Under the pieces are notes generated by a model, which saw only the letters and a list, made by a program, of their open reading frames with translations, was not told the origin of the DNA and ran no database searches. A stretch of 64,000 bases of DNA from Candidatus Marinacidobacterales bacterium (GTDB taxonomy: Bacteria > Acidobacteriota > Vicinamibacteria > Marinacidobacterales > DATDRI01). Location of the stretch: the NCBI GenBank assembly GCA_965226495.1, contig OZ245365.1, positions 1,056,001 through 1,120,000 of the forward strand. The letters run 5' to 3'. Shown in pieces: positions 39,094 through 50,877 of this stretch. Position 1 is the stretch's first letter; the number at the start of each line of letters is the position of its first letter. The translations under genes and the position numbers were made by a program.

Positions 39094-39612
39094 CTAGTAG
39101 ATTCCCTTCACCAGCTCTTCATCGGTGGGAACGTAGTTCAACGCATCATGCTTTGGCTTCGAAGTTCCCTGAGTCACGAGCGAAACCGTGACGAAAGTAA
39201 TGAGGCTTACCACCGGTGGAATTAGTGTGTCGAGGCCCGCGTACGGTTCCGGAATCAAGAAGTACAGAACGACTCGCGTTAGGGTGCCGACGACGATGGC
39301 GGCAATCGCCCCCGGAGTGTTGGAACGTCTCCAATAGATGCCCAGCGCCATCGGTACAAAGCATCCGGCGAGAACGACGTCGAACGCGAGAATCAGCAGG
39401 ATACCAGGCTCTGGCCTGGAAGTAGGCGAAGGCGATCGAAGCGGCCATCGTAGGGAGTGCGATGAAGCGAGAGAAGCGCAGCATCGTGTCATCGCCCCAG
39501 GTCGATTTCGTGTAGCGCTGTACGAGATTCCGGGTGATGACGTTGGCTAGATCGAGGACCACTCCGGCGGCCGCGGACATACTCGCTGCGATCACGCCCA
39601 GGAGAATGGCGG
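39094..39612 (-). pseudogene. Sodium:solute symporter C-terminal fragment, frameshifted
   Basis: AILLGVIAASMS...LANVITRN; PGILLILAFDVVLAG.FVP.ALGIYWRRSN..GAIAAI. Confidence 0.75.
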
Positions 39613-39614
39613 TC

Positions 39615-41689
39615 CCGACGACGGCGGGAAGTCTTGGCGAAGAGTCGAGAACGGCTTGCCCGGCGGTATGCTCGGGAAGATCGGCATCGACATCTATTCG
39701 AGGAATCCCCGTATTCTCTATGCGACGATCGATAACGCCAACTCGCCCGGAGTTTCCGACGACGCCAGGCGGCGCGAGTTCTTCGACGAAAAGCGGGCCA
39801 GTAAGCCGACGGTTGGCCATGCGATCTATCGCTCGGACGACGCCGGAGACTCGTGGCGTCAAGTCAGCCCGCCAGGCGAAAGCATCGGCAATCGGTCCAA
39901 CTACTATGGCCAGATCATCATCGACCCCAATGACGAGAACCACCTTTACGTACTGAGCTCGAGGGTGGATGTGTCTGTGGACGGTGGCAAGACCTGGACC
40001 CATCCGCTTCGTTACGGAGGCGATAATCACGTCCTGTGGATCGATCCGGCGGACTCCCGGCACATGATCATGGGTTATGACTATGGAATGGCGATCACCT
40101 ACGACGCGGGGGCGCGCTGGTACCACCCCGATGAGCTTTCGATGGCGCAGCTTTACGCGGTGGGCGTCGATATGGATTACCCCTATAACGTCTACGGCGG
40201 AACGCAGGACTTCGGCTCCTGGAAAGGGCCGAGCACGAAAAAGGGTCGTTTTCCGATTCGGTTCGAAGATTGGGAGCACATGAACGGAGGGGATGGGTTC
40301 TACAACCAGGTAGATCCAACCGACAGTCGGTGGCTCTACAGCGGCTCTCAGTTCGGGCACATCCAGCGGATCGATCAGAAGACCGGCGTTCGAAAGACGA
40401 TTCTCGGTGACCGTGACTCCGACCAGCGGTTCAATTGGAATACGCCGCTTCTGATCTCGCCGCATAACAGCGACGTCCTATACGTGGGGGCCAACGTTTT
40501 GCTCCGGTCTCCGTTTCGAGGCGAGCGTTGGGAGACAGTGAGTCCCGATCTGACGAAGAGCGACGCTAGCAAGTTCAAGGGTGTTGGTGCGGTGAGCTAC
40601 GGCACCATCACCACCGTCGACGAATCGCCTATTGAACAGGGGGTTCTCTGGGTGGGGACCGACGATGGCAACGTGCAGCTCTCTCGAGACGGCGGTGAAA
40701 CGTGGACGGACCTGAGCGAGAATGTCACCGGCAATCCCGGATACTGGGTGACCCGAATCACCGCCTCTCATCACGACGTGGGAACTGCCTACTTGAGCTA
40801 CACGGGTCTGCGCCGCGACGACTTCCGCTCTTTCGTCTACCGGACTACCGACTTCGGGAAGTCCTGAAGTTCGATTGCCTCCAACTTGCCCCCTGAGTCC
40901 GTCAACGTCATCAAAGAAGATCGAAAGAATCCCAATTTGCTTTTTGTCGGAACCGACAGGGGAGTCTACGCGAGCCTAAATGGGGGTCGGAATTGGGTCC
41001 GCATGACAAACAACCTACCCACCGTGGCGGTTCGTGATCTCGTAATACACCCACGGGAGAATGATCTCGTGGTGGGGACTCACGGCCGGGGATTCTACAT
41101 CACCGACATCTCTCCTCTGCAGGAGCTCACCCAAGAGGTATTGGCGTCCGAAGTGCACTTGTTCGAGATCGAGCCCAAGGTGCAATGGGTCATGCCGAGC
41201 CAGCCGTCGGTGAGCGCTCAGAACTTCGAGGGCGATAACGAGCCTCACGGTGTGGTGATCAACTATTACTTGAAGAAGGAACCCCCGGGCGACGTGTCGA
41301 TCCGGATCTACGATGGGACGCGGCTCATCAATGAGATAAGCGTGTCAGGATCGGTCGGGCTCAACACCGTCGAGTGGGGCATGACTAAGCGAAGACCCCG
41401 AACGTCTGAGGAAATCGGGCGTTGGGACGAGCGGAACGATGAGTCGGCGGAAGAGGAAGAGTTTTTCGATTACTACGACACGGTGGACTTTTACGGCGCT
41501 CCCGACGAAGAGGTGGACAAGTGGGGGCGATCGCTCGAGACGAGGGTTCACGCCGAGGCCGGTATCACCGAGCGCGAGTACGCCTATTTCCGCGTTCCGC
41601 CAGGCGCATACACTATCGAGCTTTTGGTTGGTGGTACAGAGCTGCGCGGCGAGGCGCTCATCTTGCAGGACCACTGGTATGACAAGTGA
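39615..41689 (+). pseudogene. BNR/Asp-box (VPS10-like) beta-propeller protein, 5'-truncated, with in-frame TGA at 40865
   Basis: Asp-boxes SDDAGDSW, SVDGGKTW, SRDGGETW, SLNGGRNW; ORFs 39656..40867 and 40886..41689 are in the same frame. Confidence 0.8.
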
Positions 41690-41693
41690 TATC

Positions 41694-41749
41694 CCCCTCA
41701 CCCGGCCGCCTTTGGCGGCCGACCTCTCCCCGGAAGGGGAGAAGTACAT
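41694..41749. repeat. REP-like double-hairpin repeat of the same family as 6908-7092
   Basis: cccctcacccggccgcctttggcggccgacctctccccggaaggggagaagtaca. Confidence 0.75.
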
Positions 41750-41939
41750 CAACCACACTTTTGAATATGAGTGCAAGGCACTCAACCAACTTGCGTCGCC
41801 CTTCTTTTCCCACTAGGATCGCCTAGAGCCTAACGGCTTTGAATCCTGGCGTTACGAAGACGACAACCTGAATGAATTTACCTAATCGGGGAAATATTCG
41901 GCCGTGCGGCGGTTTGGCCGTTGCTACGAGGGGATTTCC

Positions 41940-44900
41940 ATGAGCCAAAGCGAAACCGAAACCGTTCTAGACCCAATCGAAGAACAGAAGAAGGAGCTCG
42001 AGTGGAAAAGCGCCATCTGCGGAATCTGTCCCGCCGGTTGTTGGGTGGAAGTGGGGCTAGACGGCGAGCAGTTGGTGAACATCAAGCAGGACACCTCTCA
42101 TCCCCTCGGCATGATTTGCCGCCGTGGTCAGCACTCTCCCGAGATCATCTACTCCGAAAATCGCCTCAAATACCCGATGCGGCGGGTGGGCCCAAAAGGC
42201 AGCCATGAGTTTGAGCGCATCACCTGGGACGAAGCCTACGACCTCATCACCAAGAACCTAACCAAAATCAAAGAAGAATCAGGGCCAGAAGCGGTCGCGA
42301 TTTACACCGGTCGCGGCACCTTCGAGTTGTCCCTCTGCGACATGTTCCAGCCTAAAGGGGTTGGAGTGTCCTCCGCCTCGAACGTGCTGTTCCCATTCGG
42401 TTCGCCGAACACAATGGGAGTCGGGGCTCTCTGCTACGTGTCCTTCGCCGTCATCGCTCCCCACGTGACCATGGGACGGATGCTCGTCAACATGTTCACC
42501 GACATGGAAAATGCCGAGATGTTGATAGTGTGGGGGGCAAACCCGGCTACCGATTCTCCTCCCCTCGACATGCACCGACTGGAAGCTGCGGCGAAACGCG
42601 GGGCTGAGATCGTGGTCATCGATCCGCGTAATACCGAGAACCGCAACACGGACCAACGCCAAATGGGTTCCGATCCGACCTGGTACCGACGGCGCTCTCG
42701 CTCTTAGCATGATCGAGGTCATGATCGACGAGGAGCTTTACGACGAGGATTTTGCAGAGAACTGGTGTCATGGGTTCGACGAGCTGAAGACCTACGTACA
42801 GCACTTCCGTCCCGAGGTCGCAGAGTCCATTACCGGTGTTCCGGCGGAGACGATCCGGGAACTGGCGCGACGACTTTGTTACGCGACCGGGGCCTGCCCG
42901 GTGATGTACACCGGACTCGAGTATTCCAACACCGGAATTCAGGCGATTCGTGCCGTGCACACTTTGTTCGCCTTGGCCGGTCAACTGGATGTGCCCGGCG
43001 GCATCGGGCTCGGGATGCTCGACGGCAGTTTCCCCATCAACCGCTCTGCGAATCAAGAAAACCCGGACACCGACCTGGCGGTGGCGCGGGATAAGTTCCC
43101 CCTCTACACGCACTATCGCGAGGAGTCCCACGCTAGCGGGCTTCTGGATTCCGTTTTGAAGGGAGAGCCTTATCGTATTCGAGGCCTGCTGATTCACGGC
43201 GCATCGCTTTTGACTTCTTGGCCGGCGACGCCTACCTGGCGCGAGACTCTTTCCAAGTTGGATTTTGTCGTTTGCATCGACCGCCAGCTCACCGCCGATT
43301 CCGCCTATGCCGACGTCGTTCTGCCTGCGACCACGATGTTCGAGATCGACTCCTACCTCACCTACGGTCCCATCTTCAGGCTGAGGGAAAAAGTAATCGA
43401 GCCGGTCGGGGAGTCCCGAAACGACTATCTGATTATGGCGGAGCTTGCCAAGCGACTTGGCTACGGACATCTTTACCCTCAGACCGAAGAAGAGATGATC
43501 CGCCTTGCCCTAGACGGTTCTGGCTACACGCTCGAGGACGTCAAGGCTCAGGGTGGTTGGGTTAAGATTCCCACTTCGATGATGGAGTACAGGAAATGGG
43601 AGAAAGGGGCTCTACGACCGGACGGGAAGCCGGGCTTCGATACCCCAACCGGTAAGTTCGAGATCTGGTCCACTGTTCTCGAGGACTACGGGTACGAGCC
43701 GCTACCGAAGTACGTTGAGCCCAAAGAAGGACCCATTGCCAGTCCCGACGTGGCGGCGAGTTTCCCCCTCGTTTTCAACTCCGGCGCACGACCCCATACC
43801 GATTTCCGCTCCCAGCATCACGGCGTCGAGGGACTCGCCAAGGACAATCCCGAGCCCACCGTAGAGATCAACCTCGAGGATGCGGAGGAGAGGGGCATCA
43901 AGACCGGCGACCTCGTGGAAGTGCGCTCGCCGAGAGGCGCGGTTCCTTTCCGCGCTCGGGTCACCAAAGACATCGTCAAGGGTGCCGTCGAATGCAATAT
44001 GGGCGGCGGCGGACCCGTAGGACCGAAGGCATGGCAGGAGTGGAACGTCAACGAGCTGACGGACATTGCAAACTACGACGAGATTTCCGGGTTTCCGGTC
44101 TATAAGGCGCTTCTTTGTGACGTGGTTCGGACCGAAGAGGGTACCGAGGCCACGCGACGCACTGCGGTGCGGTCGGGGAGCGTTTGCGAGCCGCTACTGT
44201 TTTCGCCCCACGAAAGGAAAGGGCCGGAGAGGAGAATCTATCTCGACAACAACGCGACCACACGGGTCGCCGATGAAGTGCGCGAAGCCATGCTTCCCTT
44301 CTTGGAAGCCGTCCATGGCAACCCTTCGAGTATCCATGGGGTGGGTCGCGATGCACGGGAGGCCGTCGATAATGCACGTCGGCAAGTGGCCAAGCTCATC
44401 AACACGCGGCCGCGGCGGATCATATTCACGGGCGGGGGATCGGAAGCGGACAATTTGGCGTTCAAAGGGATTGCCTTCGCGCATCAGGACAAAGGCAAGC
44501 ACATCATCACGACGTCGATCGAGCATCCCGCCATTCTCGGAGCCGGCAGCTTCTTGCAGAAGCTCGGTTACGAAGTAACGTACCTGGACGTGGACGAGGA
44601 CGGTTGCCTATCTCCAGAGAAACTGACGAAGGCCATCCGAGACGACACCATCCTGGTCTCCATCATGATGGCCAACAACGAGGTGGGGACCATTCTCCCG
44701 ATCAAGGAGTTGTGTGCTATCGCGCACGATAGGGGCGTTTTGTTCCACACCGACGCGGTTCAGGCGGTTGGCAAAATCAAGGTCGATGTCGAGGACCTCG
44801 GCGTAGACTTGCTCAGCATGTCGGGCCACAAGTTCCACGGACCCAAGGGGATTGGTGTGCTCTACGTCAAGAGCGGCGTCCGACTCGAGCCGCTCATCCA

Positions 44901-45387
44901 CGGTGGCAAACAGGAGAACGGTATCCGGGCAGGGACCGAGAACGTCCCCGCGATCGTGGGCTTGGGCAAGGCGGCAGAGCTAGCGGCTCAGGCCGTCAAG
45001 GACGGCGAGAAACTCAGGGCTCTCAGAGACAAACTGGAGGCTGGAATCAGGAAGCTCGTGCCGAAAGCCAAATTGAACGGCCCTGCCGAAAACCGGCTTC
45101 CCAACACCCTCAACTTGACCTTGCCGGCGCTGCGCGGTGAATCGCTGGTGGTGGCACTCGACCAACACGGGATCTCGCTGTCATCGGGCTCGGCGTGCAA
45201 ATCGGGCTCACCCAAACCGACTCATGTGCTGATGGCTATGGGGCGAACCGAGGAGGAGGCGCACTGCGCGGTAAGGTTGTCTTTATCTCACGACGTGACG
45301 GAGGAAGATATCGGCGAGACGATATCGGCTTTGGAGCACGTGCTCGAGGAGATGGAAACAACCGTCCGGTTCCTCCCCTGCAAGTAG
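41940..45387 (+). CDS. Molybdopterin (bis-MGD) oxidoreductase fused to IscS/NifS-type cysteine desulfurase; one frameshift near 42630-42700
   Basis: CGICPAGC...C 4Fe-4S motif, RLKYPMRR, WGANP, IDPR, ADVVLPATT, TPTGKFE, molydop_binding domain; in-frame IYLDNNATT, GNPSSIH, HTDAVQ, SGHKFHGPKG, RAGTEN, SSGSAC. Confidence 0.88.
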
Positions 45388-45389
45388 AA

Positions 45390-46283
45390 CTACTGAAACA
45401 AAGCCTTGAAGACGTAGCCGGCGACGGCCGGGTTTTCTCTAAACCGCCTCAGAGAGTAGGGATACCACGCGGGGCCGAACGGAACCGCTACCCGAAGTCG
45501 GTGTCCGGCATCTCGAATGATTTGTCGCAAGGGTGCTCCTACTCCGAGCAACATTTGAAACTCGTACTGTGAAGCATCGAGGCCGAAACGGTCGACGATG
45601 CGGAACCCTTCCCACACTAGCCTCTCGTCGTGAGTGGCAATGCCGACGTAGCAGCCCTCGCCCAACAACTCCTCCAGCAACCGCGTGAAGTTGGAACGCA
45701 CAATCTCCTTGTCTTGGTACGCGACATCGTGAGGCTCGATATAGATGCCCTTACATACACGAACGTTCGCCTTCACTTTAGCGAGCCGGCGCGCATCGGC
45801 CACGCTGCGTCTCATATAGGCTTGAAGGACCGCACCCACGTTGTCGAACTCCTCGCGGAGCCGGAAGAAGATGTCGAGCGTATCGTCGGTGCAGCCCGAG
45901 TCCTCCATGTCGATGCGGACGAAATTCGAGTGCTCACGCGCGAAGACAGCCAGGCGGCGGATAGTTTGGTAGCAGAACTCTTTGTCGATCTTGAGCCCGA
46001 GATGCGTCGGCTTGACGTGGATGTTGCTGTCCAGTTTGTCTTGGCCGATCCGGGTAAGAACGTCCTGGTAGTCCTTGGCCGCCGCTTCGGCTTCTTCGCG
46101 ACGCTCCACGAACTCACCGAGCATGCCGCTGGCCGCCATGAAGCCCTCGCTGTTTAATGAACGCACCACCCGTACCTGGTCCTCGAGCGTCTCACCCGCG
46201 ATATAAGAGCGAGCGAAATGTCCGACCAACGGTTTCGGGACCAGGGGAAGGGAAGATGCGATGAGGCGATCGAAGAGGCTCAT
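45390..46283 (-). CDS. Monofunctional proline dehydrogenase
   Basis: YIAGETL, VKPTHLG, RIDMEDS, VLQAYMRR, RVCKGIY.EP, IATHD, EFQMLLGV, VPFG, RRFRENP. Confidence 0.9.
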   Translation of the reverse strand: MSLFDRLIASSLPLVPKPLVGHFARSYIAGETLEDQVRVVRSLNSEGFMAASGMLGEFVERREEAEAAAKDYQDVLTRIGQDKLDSNIHVKPTHLGLKIDKEFCYQTIRRLAVFAREHSNFVRIDMEDSGCTDDTLDIFFRLREEFDNVGAVLQAYMRRSVADARRLAKVKANVRVCKGIYIEPHDVAYQDKEIVRSNFTRLLEELLGEGCYVGIATHDERLVWEGFRIVDRFGLDASQYEFQMLLGVGAPLRQIIRDAGHRLRVAVPFGPAWYPYSLRRFRENPAVAGYVFKALFQ

Positions 46284-46362
46284 GCGTGCGAATGAGAAGT
46301 TAACATAGGGCAAAAGCAAAAAGAAGAGCCCACCGTTTCCGGCGGGCTCTTCGGACTAGAGA
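45894..46362. repeat. Copy A of ~470-bp direct repeat (5' part of proline dehydrogenase plus upstream terminator)
   Basis: Near-identical to 53324-53791 with scattered substitutions and an indel. Confidence 0.9.
46318..46352 (-). terminator. Intrinsic terminator (copy 1 of 3)
   Basis: aagagccc-accgtttccggc-gggctctt hairpin with A-run on plus strand (U-tract on minus). Confidence 0.75.
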
Positions 46363-46587
46363 GAAGGAGATCTCGCCCTCCTGCGTGGCGTAACGGATGA
46401 TGATAGAGCTTGATCCCTCGAGCCAGATTGTCGGCAGAGGCCCCGGAGGCTACAAGAAGAAGCAAGAAGCTTGCGATCCAGCGTTTCATTTGTCTCCTCC
46501 GCCTGTCTTTGCGTCCACCCCGGGTGACATCTAGTTTCCCGAGACAGGTCGTTATCCGTTCGCAACCCTAGGCATTGCAACCCCGGT

Positions 46588-46617
46588 GCCGGAGAGGTAT
46601 GAAATTTCCTATCCTTT
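46588..46617 (+). mobile_element. Isolated IS91-like element end motif
   Basis: gccggagaggtatgaaatttcctatcctt, nearly identical to 50672-50699 downstream of the IS91-like transposase remnant. Confidence 0.55.
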
Positions 46618-46633
46618 ATCCTTCGAACCAGCT

Positions 46634-46790
46634 TCACGGCGTTTTGGACGCCTGGGCGGCCGGCCACTCGATCTCGACCTCGTAGTCTTTCAGCAGTTGC
46701 TCGTTGACCATCCGTCGGGTTTCGAGACGTTTTTCATTGGCCCATTCGCGCTCCACCACTGGCCTGATTTCGGACAGTTCCGGCAGTGTG
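46634..46790 (-). pseudogene. C-terminal fragment of a parvulin-type PPIase-like protein
   Basis: LPELSEIRPVVEREWANEKR...LLKDYEVEIEWP resembles the C-terminus of PPIases often encoded next to DUF3604 genes. Confidence 0.45.
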
Positions 46791-47084
46791 CTCCCGACGC
46801 GTGCAGCGTGGCGTGTGCCAACTGTGGATTGCAAGCGACAAGGATGGTGTGGGGACGAAACTTAGCGCGAGTTTTTTGCGGAACCACTGGTCGATATCGA
46901 TTCGCGTTAATACTCCAAAGCCTTAAGTTTGTAACGCTTCAGTGACCTTGCCGATCGCATCATCAGGTGAAGCGCTCACTAGAACTGTAAAGGCCAAATC
47001 TTGACTCATCCTTATTCCTCAAATATCAAAGCTGCCGCCATTTTGTCCCGTAACCAGGTCGGCATGATGAAACCGACGGTGACA

Positions 47085-47243
47085 TTAACCGCAAATGCGA
47101 TCAGAAAAAACCATGTAACGCAGTTGCCGAGTACTGACACGCAATTCCTCGCTGACCCGAACAGCAGTCATGCCTTCTTCGCTGGCCCGCTTCACGGCTT
47201 CGCGCTTGAACTCCGCGCTATATCGCTTTCTCCTCGTTCTCAC
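47085..47243 (-). mobile_element. IS3-family OrfA (HTH) remnant
   Basis: Manual translation VRTRRKRYSAEFKREAVKRASEEGMTAVRVSEELRVSTRQL; below the ORF-track cutoff. Confidence 0.65.
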
Positions 47244-47320
47244 TACGCACCGCCCAGCGCATTATCGCACCACTAGAGGAGCGGTCATTCCAATTGCAGT
47301 AGAGAATCGACCGGTATTAA

Positions 47321-49285
47321 CTATGGCGTATACCAGATCGGCGAGGTATAGGCGCGCTCCTGGAGTGTCATCGATCGGCGAGGTATAGGCGCGCTCCTGG
47401 AGTGTCATCGGTCTTTCGGCATCGTCACGCCAAAACGCTTGGAGTCGTACGCCGTCCAGCGTGGCGTTGGAATCTCAAGCACGCGCACATAATAGAAGGC
47501 GCGCTGTTTCGGGTCGAAGTCCGGGTCCTTCCAGTAGGCCATCATCAGCGGGTCGCCTATCGAGTTGCGATACGTCGCGTTCGGGACGTCAACCGTCGAG
47601 CCAACAGGGGTCTTGCAGCGCCCGTCGGTACCGATCTTGCGGCCGTCAGACACGGCCGTGTCGTAGACGCGCTCGTGCACTTCGCCTTCGCTGTCGAGCC
47701 AACCCTTAATGATCTGCACCCGGTCGAGGTTCGCGCCGTCAACATCGCGCAGCGTCCGTACCATTAACGTTGGCGCTTTACCGGCAGGAGCTTCTCTCAG
47801 GTCGCCCCCCATGGGCACGCCACGCCTGTAGCCCTGCGCCGCGAAGTCGGGCCGTTCGACTTCCTCCGGCTGGAAGTCCCAGCCGGCAAAGACCCGCACT
47901 GTGATGCGCGTGCCAGTCGTGCCATAGACTTCTTTGCGCGCCATCGCGTCAAAGAGCGACTCCCGTGTGTTCTCGCGGGACCAGATACCGAGCAGGCCCC
48001 CAGCCTGGACATTCCAGGTGGACGCGACAACCTCGCCGTCCTGGCCGCGCATGAAGACGTGTTTCCAGCGAATCGGGCTCGGCTCGTCGGACGCCCATTT
48101 GCCGAAAAAGTTGTCTTCCTCGACGGTTGACATCGAAGTGTGCGTGTCGGTCGAGCCGATCATGCCGAACTTGAACGGGTTGGCGCCGAGTTTCTGCGTC
48201 CACTGCAGCCCGAGCTTCAGGGCCGAGCGCGCATATTCGGTCCGCAGCATCTCATTTTCCTTCGGGTCGCTCGGCGAGTTGAAGTTGCCGAAATCCCAAG
48301 TCTCGAAGTCAGCGAACTCGTCGTCGGTAGACAGGAACGGATGAGTCTCACCGTCGCCCTTGCTTTGTGTGATTTCGAGCAACGGCTCGCGCCGCGCCCG
48401 CTCTTCGGCGTAAGCGCGGGTAAAGGCTTTGCCCGTATACGTCTCTCCCTGGAACATGCGCCCATTACTCATGTTCCCGTTGTGCGGGATCGCGAGCACC
48501 TGCCCGTCCGTCTTCTGCTCGTAGGCAGCCATGTATTTCCACAGGTCTTCGGGATCGGCACTGTCGATGGCGGAAAACGGCAGGACCTGGTTCACTCGGC
48601 CCGGGCCGTCACGGAAGATCACGACGCGGTGGAGGTTATTGGCACCGGGAAAGCTGGTCCACTCAAAGCCGTTGAAAGCGGTGAACTTCCCGGGCTCGTT
48701 GTAATTGGTGGCGATGGCCGTTACTCGTTCCCAGATGGAGCGCCTCGTCTTTGGGCCCAATTCCTTTCCCGTGCCCGGATAGATGACCGCTTTGGCAACG
48801 TCGAACGCTGCCATGAGAGCTTTCTCGCCCCCGGCCTGGACCGCTTCATACCACCGCTTACCCTCAGGCGTGGCCAGCATGGCGGGATCAGCTCCTAAGA
48901 TCAGGTCCGCTAGGCCCATCATCTCCGCGTGGTCAGACACGACCAGGAAATCGAACGGCCGATTGAGCCTCACGCGCAAGCCGGTGTTCGACAGTACCTC
49001 CTCACCTCGCGCGAAGCGGTAAGAGTCTTCCGGCCCAAGCCTAGTGCCCATGAATCCATCGTCGTAGGACAAGTTGGAGTGGTGGTGCGTATCGCCCCAG
49101 AACACACGATTGGGAAAATGCTGATCCACGTAGGGCGAGTACTCGACTTTCTTGGCAGGAGCGTCCTCCGCGCGGGGCAGTGTCTCCTGCGCCCGCGCAG
49201 GCGGCGCCAGAGTGAGCCCGACGGCAAAACAAATTGCCACTAGAGCCGTCAGGGCTGAACTTCTGAGTTTTGAGGTTCTGATCAT
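47321..49285 (-). CDS. DUF3604 domain protein (secreted), C-terminus frameshifted and duplicated
   Basis: Signal peptide, FWGDTHHHS, DFLVVSDHAE, NLHRVV, IPHNGN, KGDGETHP, TDTH, YYVRVLEIPTPRW; QERAYTSPIWYTP lies out of frame ending at 47321. Confidence 0.85.
47336..47409. repeat. Exact 37-bp tandem duplication
   Basis: gatcggcgaggtataggcgcgctcctggagtgtcatc x2. Confidence 0.9.
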
Positions 49286-49769
49286 TTTTAATTCCTCTCG
49301 ATGGCCCAGTTGTGGTTTGTCATCTCCAGATAAAGCATCCCCCCGAAATCGAGGCTCTTAAAGTTGTCGCCGGGACCAACGTCAACACTGGCTGAAACGG
49401 CTCGCACGGTCACATACCGTTCATGTGGGGGAACAACAGATAAGGAGCCACCGTAACCCCAACCGTCTTCAGAGATCGATGAAGTCTGCGCAATGGCAGG
49501 CTACCAATCAAAAACAGAGTCATCAAGGTGACGAGCGGTGTTGAATTTCGGATAGTGTTTCACAAGACTCTCGAGAAAATCATGTGGAGATCTAGTACTT
49601 TAACGTATTTTATAAATCTGTGCTTAGTCCTTCAAGTGGAAGAAGCCGAAAAATGGTGGCAAGGTAACAAAGAGGTATCTGCCCGTCCTGCGACGCCAAA
49701 CGAGCCGCCGCCTTCCTCAAAGACGAGCTGCTGGAAAACGTTGGCCATAGTCTCTGGACATTTACCCTT

Positions 49770-50700
49770 CCAAGGATGCTCGGACCCTATTTCATGCGCC
49801 AGCGAGAGCTTCTAGGTGATCTGGCCCGCCTTGCTTATGAGACCATCAAGGAGTTGATGGCCGAAGCTGCCGGTACCTACTTCGCTGCCCTCTCAGCCTG
49901 TCTCGCATTCACTGGACACCGGGCTCTAAGACCCTCTTCTATGAAGCGAAAGGCTCCCATGACGACCCCCTCGCTTCTCATCCGCAAGGCGAGACGCTCG
50001 ATGTCTTCGAGTTCCTGGCCCGAGTCCTCACCCAAATCCCCAAGCCTCGGCAACACGGCGTCCACTACATGGGCGCCTACTCCTCGAGAGCGCGCGCCTT
50101 TCGAAAAAGGAAAAACCTCCCCCTGCAATCGCTCCCCAGCCAACAGGACCCCAAAGCCAAGCCTGAGCCGAAACGGTCCCCAAAAAAGCGCGCCGCGCTC
50201 AGGAAAAGATGGGCACAGCTCATCAAGGCTCATCAGGCTCATCAAGCTCATCAGGCGCGTTCATTAGACTGTGACCCTCTCCGGTGCGACTGCGGAGGCA
50301 CCTATCGCGTCAGCGCCTTCATCACCGAGCAGAAGGTGATTTTGCCGAGAGTAGCCCTTCGAAGCAGCCCGGCAACATCTGATTCCCTCGAAGGAGCCCG
50401 AATGCGGACGATTCGGAAAATCTTGGCTCATCTCGAAGAAAGAAAAAGCGACTCGCGTTTGCCACCCGAGCCCTAGCCACTGGCTTCACACCACGCCACT
50501 TGTCCGATACCCCGACGCCAGACGGCCGGAGTGTTTCTTCAAGACCCAACTCCCCCGGCGCGAGACACTTCTCAACCGCCTTGCATCGTTTGCTCGCGTT
50601 CTGCTACCCTCACCAGGACTCACTCGGACTGCACAGCCCTATCCTGGTGGGGAAATTTCGTGCGGACCGGGGCCGGAGAGGTATGAAATTCCTATCCTTC
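49770..50700 (+). mobile_element. IS91-family (Y2 rolling-circle) transposase remnant with downstream end motif
   Basis: PRMLGPYF...ELLGDLARLAYET; RYLLRCP; LDVFEFLARVLTQIP.PR.HGVHYMGAYSSR; WAQLI; DPLRCDCGG..R..AFITE...IRKILAHL; GAAATTCCTATCC at ~50690. Confidence 0.8.
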
Positions 50701-50877
50701 CCAACGAACACGCGCATCTTTGGACCGACGTACCCGGTTCTTTTTGTCCTGGCAGGGGTTTGCTGGTACTGGCATCCACGGAGGGTGATTGCACGCCCAA
50801 CGGACATGTAGGTTTTTTATTTGCGTGATCGCAACACCGGCAAAGACAACAAATCTATAAAAAGAATGTGGAGAAGA

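Noticed and set aside
39146-40465. 439-aa minus-strand ORF as a real gene
   Set aside because: Mostly the antisense shadow of the BNR protein fused to a symporter fragment at a chimeric junction
40865-40867. In-frame TGA as selenocysteine or UGA=Trp recoding
   Set aside because: It sits at the Trp of an Asp-box (TDFGKS-W), but other genes use TGG for Trp and TGA as stop; best explained as a TGG>TGA error or mutation
50215-50255. gctcatca(a/g) short tandem repeat (AHQ)n
   Set aside because: Slippage or artefact inside a dead transposase; no evidence of function
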